From Planctomycetota bacterium (GTDB lineage: Bacteria; Planctomycetota; UBA1135; UBA2386): a stretch of DNA of 64,000 nt. The translations under genes and the position numbers were made by a program. The notes below the pieces were generated by a model. It searched no databases, was not told where the DNA came from, and saw only the letters and a program-made list of their open reading frames with translations. This document shows positions 1 through 8,343 of the stretch, in pieces; position 1 is the stretch's first letter, and each line of letters begins with the position of its first letter. The stretch is taken from contig OZ245006.1 in NCBI GenBank assembly GCA_965223545.1, positions 2,464,001-2,528,000 of the forward strand, in the 5' to 3' direction.

Positions 1-1170
1 GCGAAGTCGAGGATCGACCTCATTCGTGACCCTTGGCTGACGCAGGCAAACACGCTGCTGCGGGACGTCGGAGCCGCGGACAACCTCAACTCACCGTACC
101 AACCAGGGATCGTCGACGCCGTGCTCCAGCTGCAGCGAACCGCGGCTCTGTTCCCAGAGGAGCTGGATCTCTCCGAGACTCTCACGGCCTTCGGGCTGCC
201 GCGAGTCTCCGTTCGGGTTGCGACAGCGGACGGTACACCCGCCGGGGGCCGAGTTTCCGTGCGCACGCTCGATCCGATCACTGGCACCGCAAAGCCACCC
301 CGGGTTCTCGGCACACTCCCACTCGACCGCTGTCCAATCGACGCGGGCCACCACCGCTTCGTCGTCGAGATCGATGACGAGACGACGCGCGAGTTCGATC
401 GCGTGGTCCGGTCGGGCCGTCACTTCTACAGCATCGCCGCGCGCGTGCGGTCAGAGCCTCTGACCAACGAAGGCATGGTGCTGATCCGGGGTGGCGAGCT
501 GGCACAGCGCGATGCCAAGTCGCGGTCCTGCCTTAACCACCGCGAGGTGCCGGTCGCCGACTTTTGGCTCGACCGTTTCGAAGTCTCCAACGCGGACTAC
601 GCTCGGTTTCTGAGCGAGACCGGTCGCACGCCGCCCGACTACTGGCATCTGATCGACCTCGATCGCCACGGGAAGTTGCCCGTCGTCGACGTCGGCTGGA
701 ATGATGCGGTCGCGTACGCGGAGTGGGCTGGCAAGCGGCTGCCAACCCACGCCGAGTGGATGTGGGCGGCGCGCGGCCCCGAGCCTCGGGCGACTCCCTG
801 GGGCGGACCCGAGACCGAGTACCGCGGAGTCACTCGCAAACCGCTGCGCGAGCCGCCGGCCGACGACGACTTCTTTCGCGTCTATCTGGAGAGCGCCGAA
901 GCAGTCGACACCCACCCCGACGCCGCCACGCCCGACGGCATCTTCCACCTGATGGGCAACGTGTCGGAGTGGACCGGCAGCACCGGGTTCGCACAGGCAG
1001 AAGACGGATCCATCTGGCCGCGCGTCGACGACATCATCGTCGTCGGCGGTTGCTGGCACATGCAAGAGGCGCGCAACGGCAAGCTGTACCAGATCGGCAT
1101 GTTCGGCGCCGAGAAGTCATTCCGCAGTCCAACCCGTGGTTTTCGCTGCGCTCGCAGCGCCACACCCTAG
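1..1170 (+). CDS. FGE-sulfatase (SUMF1/formylglycine-generating-enzyme-like) domain protein, 5'-truncated by the window edge; possibly the C-terminus of a Ser/Thr kinase fusion
   Basis: Frame 1 is open from base 1. FGE-family motifs FWLDRFEVSNADY, PVVDVGWNDAVAYAEWAGKRLPTHAEW, LMGNVSEW and terminal GFRCAR. Confidence 0.85.
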   Translation, partial: AKSRIDLIRDPWLTQANTLLRDVGAADNLNSPYQPGIVDAVLQLQRTAALFPEELDLSETLTAFGLPRVSVRVATADGTPAGGRVSVRTLDPITGTAKPPRVLGTLPLDRCPIDAGHHRFVVEIDDETTREFDRVVRSGRHFYSIAARVRSEPLTNEGMVLIRGGELAQRDAKSRSCLNHREVPVADFWLDRFEVSNADYARFLSETGRTPPDYWHLIDLDRHGKLPVVDVGWNDAVAYAEWAGKRLPTHAEWMWAARGPEPRATPWGGPETEYRGVTRKPLREPPADDDFFRVYLESAEAVDTHPDAATPDGIFHLMGNVSEWTGSTGFAQAEDGSIWPRVDDIIVVGGCWHMQEARNGKLYQIGMFGAEKSFRSPTRGFRCARSATP

Positions 1171-1202
1171 TCCAGAGTCCCCGTCCCGAGAGAGGAGATC
1201 TC

Positions 1203-1565
1203 ATGTTCAAGCCTCGCGTGTCCGTCCGCATCCTCAAGACCTTCCTCAACGACTACGAGACCGGCACCAGCTTCGACTGGCACGACGCGATCATCGAGTG
1301 TGTCAGAGCGCTCGGAATGGACACGTACGACGACGCGCAACAACCGGAAGAGCTGAGAAAGGACATGGTGCACAATGGCACGAAGCGCATCCTGGACGTC
1401 CTGGGGTCTCCATCCATGACCGGCTGGCGTCTCACCGCGGTCAACCCGACCTGGGACAATGGGGAGAGGTGGCGCGACGACTTTGTCGGCGTGGTGTTTC
1501 GCATCGAGAAGCCAGAAGTCCAAGACGTCATCTATCTCGGAGTTGGCCAGATTGAACCATCCTGA
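1203..1565 (+). CDS. Hypothetical protein (120 aa)
   Basis: ATG at 1203 preceded by a GAGAGGAG RBS; protein-like composition (MFKPRVSVRILKTFLNDY...); 32 bp after the upstream stop. Confidence 0.75.
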   Translation: MFKPRVSVRILKTFLNDYETGTSFDWHDAIIECVRALGMDTYDDAQQPEELRKDMVHNGTKRILDVLGSPSMTGWRLTAVNPTWDNGERWRDDFVGVVFRIEKPEVQDVIYLGVGQIEPS

Positions 1566-1606
1566 TCTCGCAAGCCCATCGAATCCAAGCCCCATTGGAG
1601 AAGACG

Positions 1607-2527
1607 ATGCCCGACATCATCGATCAGTGGTGCCGCTACATCGACGAGTTGCCCACCGGAACGGAAGAAGAAGTCGCCATCAAGCGACGCAGCCTGTTCT
1701 TTCACAGCATCGAAATCGAAGTCCATCCGGCGCAGACCCAGTACTCCGAGTTTCGAGCACCCGCGGAAGCTCTGCGCGTGCGACTGTCCGCACGCATGAA
1801 GCAGCGCGCCGTGGCGATCCGCTGCGGTCGCAGTCTCGGGTCGACACCGGAGGAGAAGCAACGACTCGATGCCGAGAACAACGGAGTCCGGGAGCCGGCG
1901 ACAAAGATCTCGAACTGGCTCGTCACCCTGATCAACAAACATCTCGTCGTGGGCCAGAAGCCGCCGGGAGAGGCCCTCGCCGATGCCTTCGACGCATTCG
2001 CCCTCGGCAAGCTGCGCTGGAGAAACTCCGAGTACGGCGTCCCTGATTCCAGCCAAGTCCTGCTGTTCGCCGAGATGGCGATCCTGTTTCGACAGCTCGG
2101 GCTGACGCCCGACATCTGGCGATCTTCACTGCACAGCTTCGTCCGTGGTGCCGAGGTGTTTGCCGAGATCGGCTGGGATGGCGGTCCACGCAGGGATTCC
2201 AGCTACAACGCGTGGGGCTACGCGCGACAGTTCAGCGACGCGCGATTCCGCAAACTGCGTAGTAGCTACCCGCCGGTACCGGCCAATTCCGACCGCGACC
2301 TCGAATCGCTCGAGTATCGCTACGGGGCACTGGCACTGTGGATGTTGCGCGATCAGCTTCAGGCATACCCGGGCTCGGCCAGTCGCCCCGATGGCCCCCC
2401 GCCATCCTCGTCCCCCAACACGTCAGCCACGAGCTCAGGAGATCTGACGAGCGCCGGAGAACCCCAGAATGTCGTGGCACCGCAGGCCCCGCCAAAGGGC
2501 AAGTGGCTCAAGGGTTCCCGCGCGTAA
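1607..2527 (+). CDS. Hypothetical protein (about 306 aa) with a low-complexity Pro/Ser C-terminal tail
   Basis: GGAG RBS before ATG 1607; long ORF co-oriented with the previous two genes; no motif recognised. Confidence 0.7.
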   Translation: MPDIIDQWCRYIDELPTGTEEEVAIKRRSLFFHSIEIEVHPAQTQYSEFRAPAEALRVRLSARMKQRAVAIRCGRSLGSTPEEKQRLDAENNGVREPATKISNWLVTLINKHLVVGQKPPGEALADAFDAFALGKLRWRNSEYGVPDSSQVLLFAEMAILFRQLGLTPDIWRSSLHSFVRGAEVFAEIGWDGGPRRDSSYNAWGYARQFSDARFRKLRSSYPPVPANSDRDLESLEYRYGALALWMLRDQLQAYPGSASRPDGPPPSSSPNTSATSSGDLTSAGEPQNVVAPQAPPKGKWLKGSRA

Positions 2528-2539
2528 TCCGCGACCCCA

Positions 2540-4333
2540 CTACTTCGAACGCTGGTCGACCAGCTCGAGCAGCACCTGCAGCTTGACGAAGTCGACCTCT
2601 CGGATCTGGACCTGGATGGCGTAGCCCTCGGTGAACGAGTAGAGCCGGCCGCCGGCGGAGAGCTGGAGCGTCGGTCCCTTGACCTTCGGCCGCTCGCCGA
2701 TCGAACGCGACGGCAAGAACCCGCTGATGTTGAACTCGGGCAGGTGCACCTCCAAACCGAAGTTGGAGACGCGGCGGATCTTGGCGCGGTGCACCTCGCC
2801 GATGTGCGGCGCCATCAGCTGACACACCTTGAGATCGAACATCGCCTGCTCGGCCATCTCGGCGACATCGGCCTGCACCGAGCTGTGCATGGCCTGCTCG
2901 TTGAGCGCCTGCACCAACTGCTCGCTCTGCAGCTCCTCGGCCGCGGCGGCCCCCTGGCTCTCGACCGCCCACAGCCAGCGGTGCACGACGAGATCGGGGT
3001 AGCGGCGGATCGGCGAGGTGAAGTGCAGGTAGGCCTCCCGCGCCAGGCCGAAATGCCGGGCGACGTCTTCGTGGTCCCGCACCTCGTACACCGCGCGCTC
3101 GATCAGCCCCATGATGCGCTGGATCAGCGCCTCGGCGTTGGGCCGCGCCCGTGCCTGGCGGATCAACCGACCGATGTCCCGGCCGGTGAGCCGCTCCTTG
3201 TCCGGCACCCGAATGCCGTGGTCCAACAGCATCTTGGCCACTGCTTCCACCTCGTCGAGCGGCCGCTCGGGGTGCACGCGGTAGATCGTCGGCAGTCCAC
3301 GCCCGCGGAACAGGTCGCCGACGGCCTGGTTGGCGGCCAACGCGGTCTCCTCGATCAGGGTCTGCGAGAAGTAGCGCGGCGCATCGACGATGCGCACGAT
3401 CTCGTGCTGCGCGTCGAACTCGCATTTGCGCTCGACTGACTGCATACGCAGCGAACCGCGCGCATCCCGGATCTGCTGCTGCCGCTGCGTCCACTTGCGA
3501 AAGGCCTGCAGCGCCGGCGCCAAGTGCCGGATGGCACGGGTCTCGGCCGAGTCCACCCCGTCCAGCAGCTCTTGCACCACGCGATACGTGTTGCGCTGCA
3601 CGCTGCGGATCACGCTCTTGTGCACCCGCGCGGCGACGCGTTCGCCCTGCGGCGTGAACTCCATCACCACCGAGTAGGCCAGCCGATCACGATCCGGCAC
3701 CAGCGAGCACAGGTGGTTGGACAACGACTCCGGCAGCATCGGCACGACTTGGTCGGCGAGGTAGACGCTGGTGCCACGCGCCAACGCCTCCCGATCGAGC
3801 GCGGTGCCCGGGCGGACGTAGTGCGCGACATCGGCGATGTGCACCCCCACTTCGACGTTGCCGTTGTCGAGGGCGGCGATCCCGATCGCGTCGTCGTAAT
3901 CCTTCGCGTCGTCGCCATCGATCGTGAAAATGGTCTCTCCCCGCAAGTCGACCCGACCGGCGTAGTCGGCCGGATCCGGGTCGCGCGGCAGCCGTTCGAC
4001 CTCTCGTTCGACGTCGTCGGGGAACACCGTGCGCACCCGAAACGAGGCCAGCAGCTGCATCTCGTCCGACTCGAGGTCGCGGTAGACCTCGGGCCCGTGC
4101 GCCATCGGCCCGAACGCGGGCGGCCGCGACACGATCTGCGCGCGGACGGTGTCCCCGCCACTCTCGTCGACGTCGTCCCCGCCGGGCGCGCCGCCGTCCG
4201 CGCGCTCCAGGGTCCAGCCGCGCTCTGGCGCTGCGTCCGCCGGCGGTGGCGCTTCGCCCCGCGCGCTCTGCAGATCTTGAAAGCTGCCGAACGACCGGTT
4301 CGGCTCGTCGTTCTTTCGCTTGCGTTTCGCCAA
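2540..4333 (-). CDS. rnr: RNase R / RNase II family 3'-5' exoribonuclease (RNB + S1 domains)
   Basis: Catalytic motif FTIDGDDAKDYDDAI, VHIADVAHYV, RGTSVYL, HFGLA, HFTSPIRRYPDLVVHR; C-terminal S1-like domain. Confidence 0.9.
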   Translation of the reverse strand: MAKRKRKNDEPNRSFGSFQDLQSARGEAPPPADAAPERGWTLERADGGAPGGDDVDESGGDTVRAQIVSRPPAFGPMAHGPEVYRDLESDEMQLLASFRVRTVFPDDVEREVERLPRDPDPADYAGRVDLRGETIFTIDGDDAKDYDDAIGIAALDNGNVEVGVHIADVAHYVRPGTALDREALARGTSVYLADQVVPMLPESLSNHLCSLVPDRDRLAYSVVMEFTPQGERVAARVHKSVIRSVQRNTYRVVQELLDGVDSAETRAIRHLAPALQAFRKWTQRQQQIRDARGSLRMQSVERKCEFDAQHEIVRIVDAPRYFSQTLIEETALAANQAVGDLFRGRGLPTIYRVHPERPLDEVEAVAKMLLDHGIRVPDKERLTGRDIGRLIRQARARPNAEALIQRIMGLIERAVYEVRDHEDVARHFGLAREAYLHFTSPIRRYPDLVVHRWLWAVESQGAAAAEELQSEQLVQALNEQAMHSSVQADVAEMAEQAMFDLKVCQLMAPHIGEVHRAKIRRVSNFGLEVHLPEFNISGFLPSRSIGERPKVKGPTLQLSAGGRLYSFTEGYAIQVQIREVDFVKLQVLLELVDQRSK

Positions 4334-4409
4334 GTCGGCAAGCGTAGCGCTTCACCGGCGCTCGCGCTCAGGGGTCGACCGCGGTCTGGCCCAACGGTAA
4401 AGACATGCC

Positions 4410-6470
4410 GTGACACAGCCTCGTCCGCTGCCGGTGCGCAAGGCCTCACCACCGCCGCCCATCGATCTCAACCCGCGCACCGATCCGCCTCTGGACTTCC
4501 CGGACGCCGACTTCGGAGCCCTGGGCGCCGCCGACTACGACCGCCTCGGTCTACTGTGCGGGGTCGAGGTCCACCAACAGCTGGCGACCACCTCCAAGCT
4601 GTTCTGCCGCTGCCCCAGCGGCGTGGTCGGGCGCAGCGTCGACGCCGAGGTGTTGCGCCACATGCGCCCTACGCTGTCGGAGATGGGTGAGTACGACGGC
4701 ACCGCGCTGATGGAGTTCAAGACGCGCAAGCAGATCATCTATCTGCTCGACCGGCGGACGGTCTGCACCTACGAGATGGACGACACCCCGCCGTTCCCGA
4801 TCGACGAACAGGCGGTGCGGTTCGCCATCGAGATCGCGCGGCTGTTCGGCCTGGACCTGGTCTCCGAGCTGCACGTGATGCGCAAGCAGTATCTCGACGG
4901 CTCGATTCCCACCGGCTTCCAGCGAACCGGCATGGTCGGGCTATCCGGGGCGATCCCGTTCCGCGACAGCGAGCTTGCGGGCGACCGGGTGCTGCGCATC
5001 CGCCAGCTCAGTCTGGAGGAGGACTCCTGCCGCGAGGTCAGCGACATCGGCCACAGAATCACGTTTCGCACCGATCGACTCGGCATGCCACTGATCGAGA
5101 CCGTCACCGAGCCGGACCTGCTCACGCCGATGGACGCCGCCCGCGGCATCCGCTTGCTCGCCTCGGTCGCGCGCGCGAGCGGCCGCGTGCGCCGGGGTGC
5201 CGGGGCCGCCCGCCAAGACGTCAACGTCTCCATCGCCGGCAGCCGGCGCATCGAGATCAAGGGCGTGCCGAGCATCCGTCTGGTGCCGCGGCTCGTGCAC
5301 AACGAGGCCTATCGCCACCTGAACTTGTTGCGGCTGCGGGCCGCCCTGCACGACCGGGGCATCGGGCCGGACGCGTTCGCGATTCCGGACGGCGGCTGGC
5401 CCTGGGAGCAGAGCGACATGGTGGCCGAGGTGCGCGCACAGCTGCGCGGCTGCCGTCATCCCGCCGTGAGAGCGGCGATCGACCGCGGCGAGCGCGTGTG
5501 CGCGGTGCGCGTGCCGGGGTTCGAGGGGTTGATCACGCATCCAACCCAGCCGGGGCAGACCTTCGAGCAGGAGCTGGCGGAGCGCGTGCGCGTGATCGCC
5601 TGTCCGACCCACCATCCGTTCTTGGCGACCTCGGACGCCGACACGGTGCTCGGCAGCCTGGCGTGGCGCGAGCTGCGCCAGGCCTGCGGCGCCGGCGAGG
5701 GCGATGCGGTCGTGCTGGTGTGGGGGGAGCTCGCGGACGCAGCGACCGCCGCGCGCGAAGTCTTGATCCGCGCCGCGGACGCCACCGTCGGCGTGCCTTC
5801 GGAGACCCGGCAAGCCCACGCCGACGGCGGCACCGGCTTCGAGCGCATCCTGCCCGGCCCGCAGCGCATGTATCCCGACACCGACACCCCGCCGCTGCCG
5901 ATCCCGGACTCGTGGGTCGCCGCGGCCGACGCAAGCCTGGGCGAAGCACCGTGGCGACGCGAAGCGCGCTATCGCGACCTGGGCCTGGGGCCCGCGCTGG
6001 CGACTGCGGCGGCGCACGCGACGTGGGCCCCGCTGCTGGACGCCATCGCGCCTTCGGCCGACGCGATCACCACGCGGCGGCTCGCATTCGCGCTGATGAA
6101 ACGCCTGCCGCCGTGGCACCGCAGCAGGCGCGATGCGACGCAACCGACTGCGGCGCGGCTCACGCCGCTGGTCGCAGCGCTCCGCGATGGGAGCCTGTTG
6201 CCGTCGGCGTTGGAAGCGGTGCTCGACCGCGTCCTGCGCGAAGAGCAACGGCCGGTCGGCGAGATCCTCGCCGAGCACCGCCCCGGCCCGCTGCCGGCCG
6301 AGGCCGAGCTGATCCGCGCGCTGCCGGCCGAAGCCAGTCGGCGCGGTGATCCCGGCGCTCCCCTGCGGTGCGCCATGGGCCGACTGCAGCGCGGTCGCCG
6401 CCGCGGCATCATCGATCCGCTGGCGTTGCGCGCGGCGCTGATGCGGTTGACACGGGAGGCGCGCCGATGA
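4410..6470 (+). CDS. gatE: Glu-tRNA(Gln) amidotransferase subunit E (archaeal-type)
   Basis: GVEVHQQL..KLFCRCP, RPTLSEMGEYD, MRKQYLDGSIPTGFQRT, LEED, DRLGMPLIE, RQDVNVSI, RIEIKGV, VPSETR and PGPQRMYPDTD; includes the GatE-specific central insertion that GatB lacks. Confidence 0.92.
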   Translation: MTQPRPLPVRKASPPPPIDLNPRTDPPLDFPDADFGALGAADYDRLGLLCGVEVHQQLATTSKLFCRCPSGVVGRSVDAEVLRHMRPTLSEMGEYDGTALMEFKTRKQIIYLLDRRTVCTYEMDDTPPFPIDEQAVRFAIEIARLFGLDLVSELHVMRKQYLDGSIPTGFQRTGMVGLSGAIPFRDSELAGDRVLRIRQLSLEEDSCREVSDIGHRITFRTDRLGMPLIETVTEPDLLTPMDAARGIRLLASVARASGRVRRGAGAARQDVNVSIAGSRRIEIKGVPSIRLVPRLVHNEAYRHLNLLRLRAALHDRGIGPDAFAIPDGGWPWEQSDMVAEVRAQLRGCRHPAVRAAIDRGERVCAVRVPGFEGLITHPTQPGQTFEQELAERVRVIACPTHHPFLATSDADTVLGSLAWRELRQACGAGEGDAVVLVWGELADAATAAREVLIRAADATVGVPSETRQAHADGGTGFERILPGPQRMYPDTDTPPLPIPDSWVAAADASLGEAPWRREARYRDLGLGPALATAAAHATWAPLLDAIAPSADAITTRRLAFALMKRLPPWHRSRRDATQPTAARLTPLVAALRDGSLLPSALEAVLDRVLREEQRPVGEILAEHRPGPLPAEAELIRALPAEASRRGDPGAPLRCAMGRLQRGRRRGIIDPLALRAALMRLTREARR

Positions 6471-7858
6471 GTGCCGCGGATCCGCTGAAGGGCTACCGCC
6501 CACCGATGCGTGACCTGATGCAGCGCTTCGACGTCGGAGTCTGGTCCGAAGTCACCGTCCGCACCAGCCGCGGAACCTTCGAAGGCCTGGTCTTGCCGCG
6601 CTCGGAGACCGCCGACGCCGACCATCTCGTCCTCAAGCTCGTCAGTGGCTACAACATCGGCCTGCGCCACGACGTCATCGAGGACATGGTCGCGACCGGC
6701 TACCGCGAGGCGCTCTACAAGATCCCCGAGGAGGAGTTTCCGGTCGACCCCAGCAAGCCGAAGGTGATGCTGCTCGGCACCGGGGGCACGATCGCGTCCC
6801 GCCTCGACTACCGCACCGGCGCGGTGATCCCGGCGTTCAGCCCGGGCGAGCTCTACGGCTCGGTGCCCGAGCTCGCCGAGGTCTGCAACCTGGAGACCGA
6901 GAAGCTGTTCGGCGAGTTCTCGGAGAACATCGGTCCCCGACACTACCTGGCGCTCGCGGAGCGCATCGGCAGCGCGATCGCGGACGGCTACGACGGCGTC
7001 GTCGTCGGCCACGGCACGGACACCATGCACCACACCGCGGCCGCCCTGAGCTTCATGGTGCAGCGACCGCCGGTGCCGATCGTCATGGTCGGCAGCCAGC
7101 GCTCCTCGGACCGGCCGTCGTCGGACGCCGCGCGCAACCTCATCGCGGCGGCGCATGCCGCCGCGCACGGCGAGATCGCCGAGGTCATGGTCTGCATGTT
7201 CGGCCCGACCTCGGACCGTTACAACCTGCTCCACCGCGGCACGCGCGTGCGCAAGATGCACAGCTCGTACCGCAGCACGTTCCGCACGCTCGGCGACGTG
7301 CCGCTGGCGCGCATCGAGGACGGTGCGCTGATCCGCATCCACGACTCGGTGCGCACGCGCCGCGACGACCGTGAAGTGATCGTGCAAGCCCGCTTCGACG
7401 AACGCGTCACGCTGCAGTACTACTATCCCAACATGCAGGCCGACGTGATCGACGCACTCGTCGACCGCGGCTATCGAGGCATCGTGTTCGCCGGCACCGG
7501 CCTCGGCCACGTCAACCGCCTGGTCTACCCAGCACTCGAGCGCGCCCGCGACGCCGGCGTGCAGGTCTACATGACGCTGCAGACGCTGTGGGGGTTCGTG
7601 CAGATGCACGTCTACGAGACCGGCCGCGAGATCTTGGAGCTCGGCGTCGTCCCCTTGGCGAACATGCTGCCCGAGGTGGCGTACGTGAAGCTCGGCTGGG
7701 CGCTGGGCCTGCACCCCGACGATCCGAAGGCCGTGCGGGCGCTGATGGAGACGCCGATCGCCGGCGAGATGACCGCGCGCGAGCCGCACGACGGCTACTT
7801 GGTCTTCCAAGGCGGGACCCCGGAGATCCGCGCGCTGTTGGGCGAGATCTGGTCCTAG
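6467..7858 (+). CDS. gatD: Glu-tRNA(Gln) amidotransferase subunit D (asparaginase-like glutaminase with GatD N-terminal domain)
   Basis: ATGA overlap with the gatE stop and a GGAGG RBS. N-terminal EGLVLPR..LKLVSGYNIG domain; TGGTIASRLDYRTGAV, HGTDTM, GSQRSSDRPSSD, RKMHSS, GTGLGHV, MLPEVAYVKLGW. Confidence 0.93.
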   Translation: MSAADPLKGYRPPMRDLMQRFDVGVWSEVTVRTSRGTFEGLVLPRSETADADHLVLKLVSGYNIGLRHDVIEDMVATGYREALYKIPEEEFPVDPSKPKVMLLGTGGTIASRLDYRTGAVIPAFSPGELYGSVPELAEVCNLETEKLFGEFSENIGPRHYLALAERIGSAIADGYDGVVVGHGTDTMHHTAAALSFMVQRPPVPIVMVGSQRSSDRPSSDAARNLIAAAHAAAHGEIAEVMVCMFGPTSDRYNLLHRGTRVRKMHSSYRSTFRTLGDVPLARIEDGALIRIHDSVRTRRDDREVIVQARFDERVTLQYYYPNMQADVIDALVDRGYRGIVFAGTGLGHVNRLVYPALERARDAGVQVYMTLQTLWGFVQMHVYETGREILELGVVPLANMLPEVAYVKLGWALGLHPDDPKAVRALMETPIAGEMTAREPHDGYLVFQGGTPEIRALLGEIWS

Positions 7859-7862
7859 AAAA

Positions 7863-7912
7863 ATCGACGGTTGTCGATATACAGCCTTGCCAATATCGAC
7901 AACCGTCGATAT
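7863..7912. promoter_or_regulatory. Twin palindromic operator (ATCGAC-N4-GTCGAT, two copies) upstream of blaI; probable BlaI binding sites
   Basis: Perfect 18-bp inverted repeat (7863-7880 and 7893-7910), each arm itself a palindrome; a TTGCCA -35-like hexamer lies in the spacer (7887-7892); the element ends 11 bp before the blaI ATG. Confidence 0.75.
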
Positions 7913-7923
7913 TCCAGGATGGG

Positions 7924-8334
7924 ATGAGCACCCCCCGCCTGCCGGACGCCGAGCTCGAAGTCCTGGCCTGCTTGTGGCAGCAGAACGAGGCCACCGCGCG
8001 GCAGGTGCGCGAAGCGATTGCCGACTACCGCCCGCTCGCGCACGCATCCGTCGTCACCCTGCTCGGCCGGTTGGAAGCCAAGGGGCTGGTCTCCCGGCGC
8101 AAGGCCGACGTCGGCAAGGCGTTCGTCTACACGCCGACTCTGCCAGCCTCGCGGACGTTCCGCACGGTCCTCGGCGACGTGCTGCAGCGCATCTTTCGCG
8201 GCGACGGCGTCGCCATGGTGGCATCGCTGTTCGAGACCAAGCCCCCGACGCAGGACGAGCTGGTCGAGCTGCAGGCCCTGCTCGACAAGCTGAAGAAGCG
8301 GAGCAAGGCATCCACCAAGCGCAAGAAGAGCTGA
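7924..8334 (+). CDS. BlaI/MecI/CopY family transcriptional repressor
   Basis: LPDAELEVLACLW...ATARQVRE...SVVTLLGRLEAKGLV...KAFVY winged-helix pattern; C-terminal LQRIFRGD dimerisation helix; adjacent to an M56 gene. Confidence 0.92.
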   Translation: MSTPRLPDAELEVLACLWQQNEATARQVREAIADYRPLAHASVVTLLGRLEAKGLVSRRKADVGKAFVYTPTLPASRTFRTVLGDVLQRIFRGDGVAMVASLFETKPPTQDELVELQALLDKLKKRSKASTKRKKS

Positions 8335-8343
8335 GGACACGTC

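Noticed and set aside
6467..7858. Calling this gene a plain type I L-asparaginase (ansA) and its neighbour gatB
   Set aside because: The extra N-terminal domain and the ASRLDYRTGAV and QRSSDRPSSD motifs are GatD-type; the partner has GatE-type motifs and insertion; no gatA or gatC is adjacent.
7863..7910. Reading the 18-bp inverted repeat as an intrinsic terminator of gatD
   Set aside because: There is no U-tract, each arm is itself palindromic, and it sits directly before a BlaI-family gene; an operator pair explains it better, though a dual role is not excluded.
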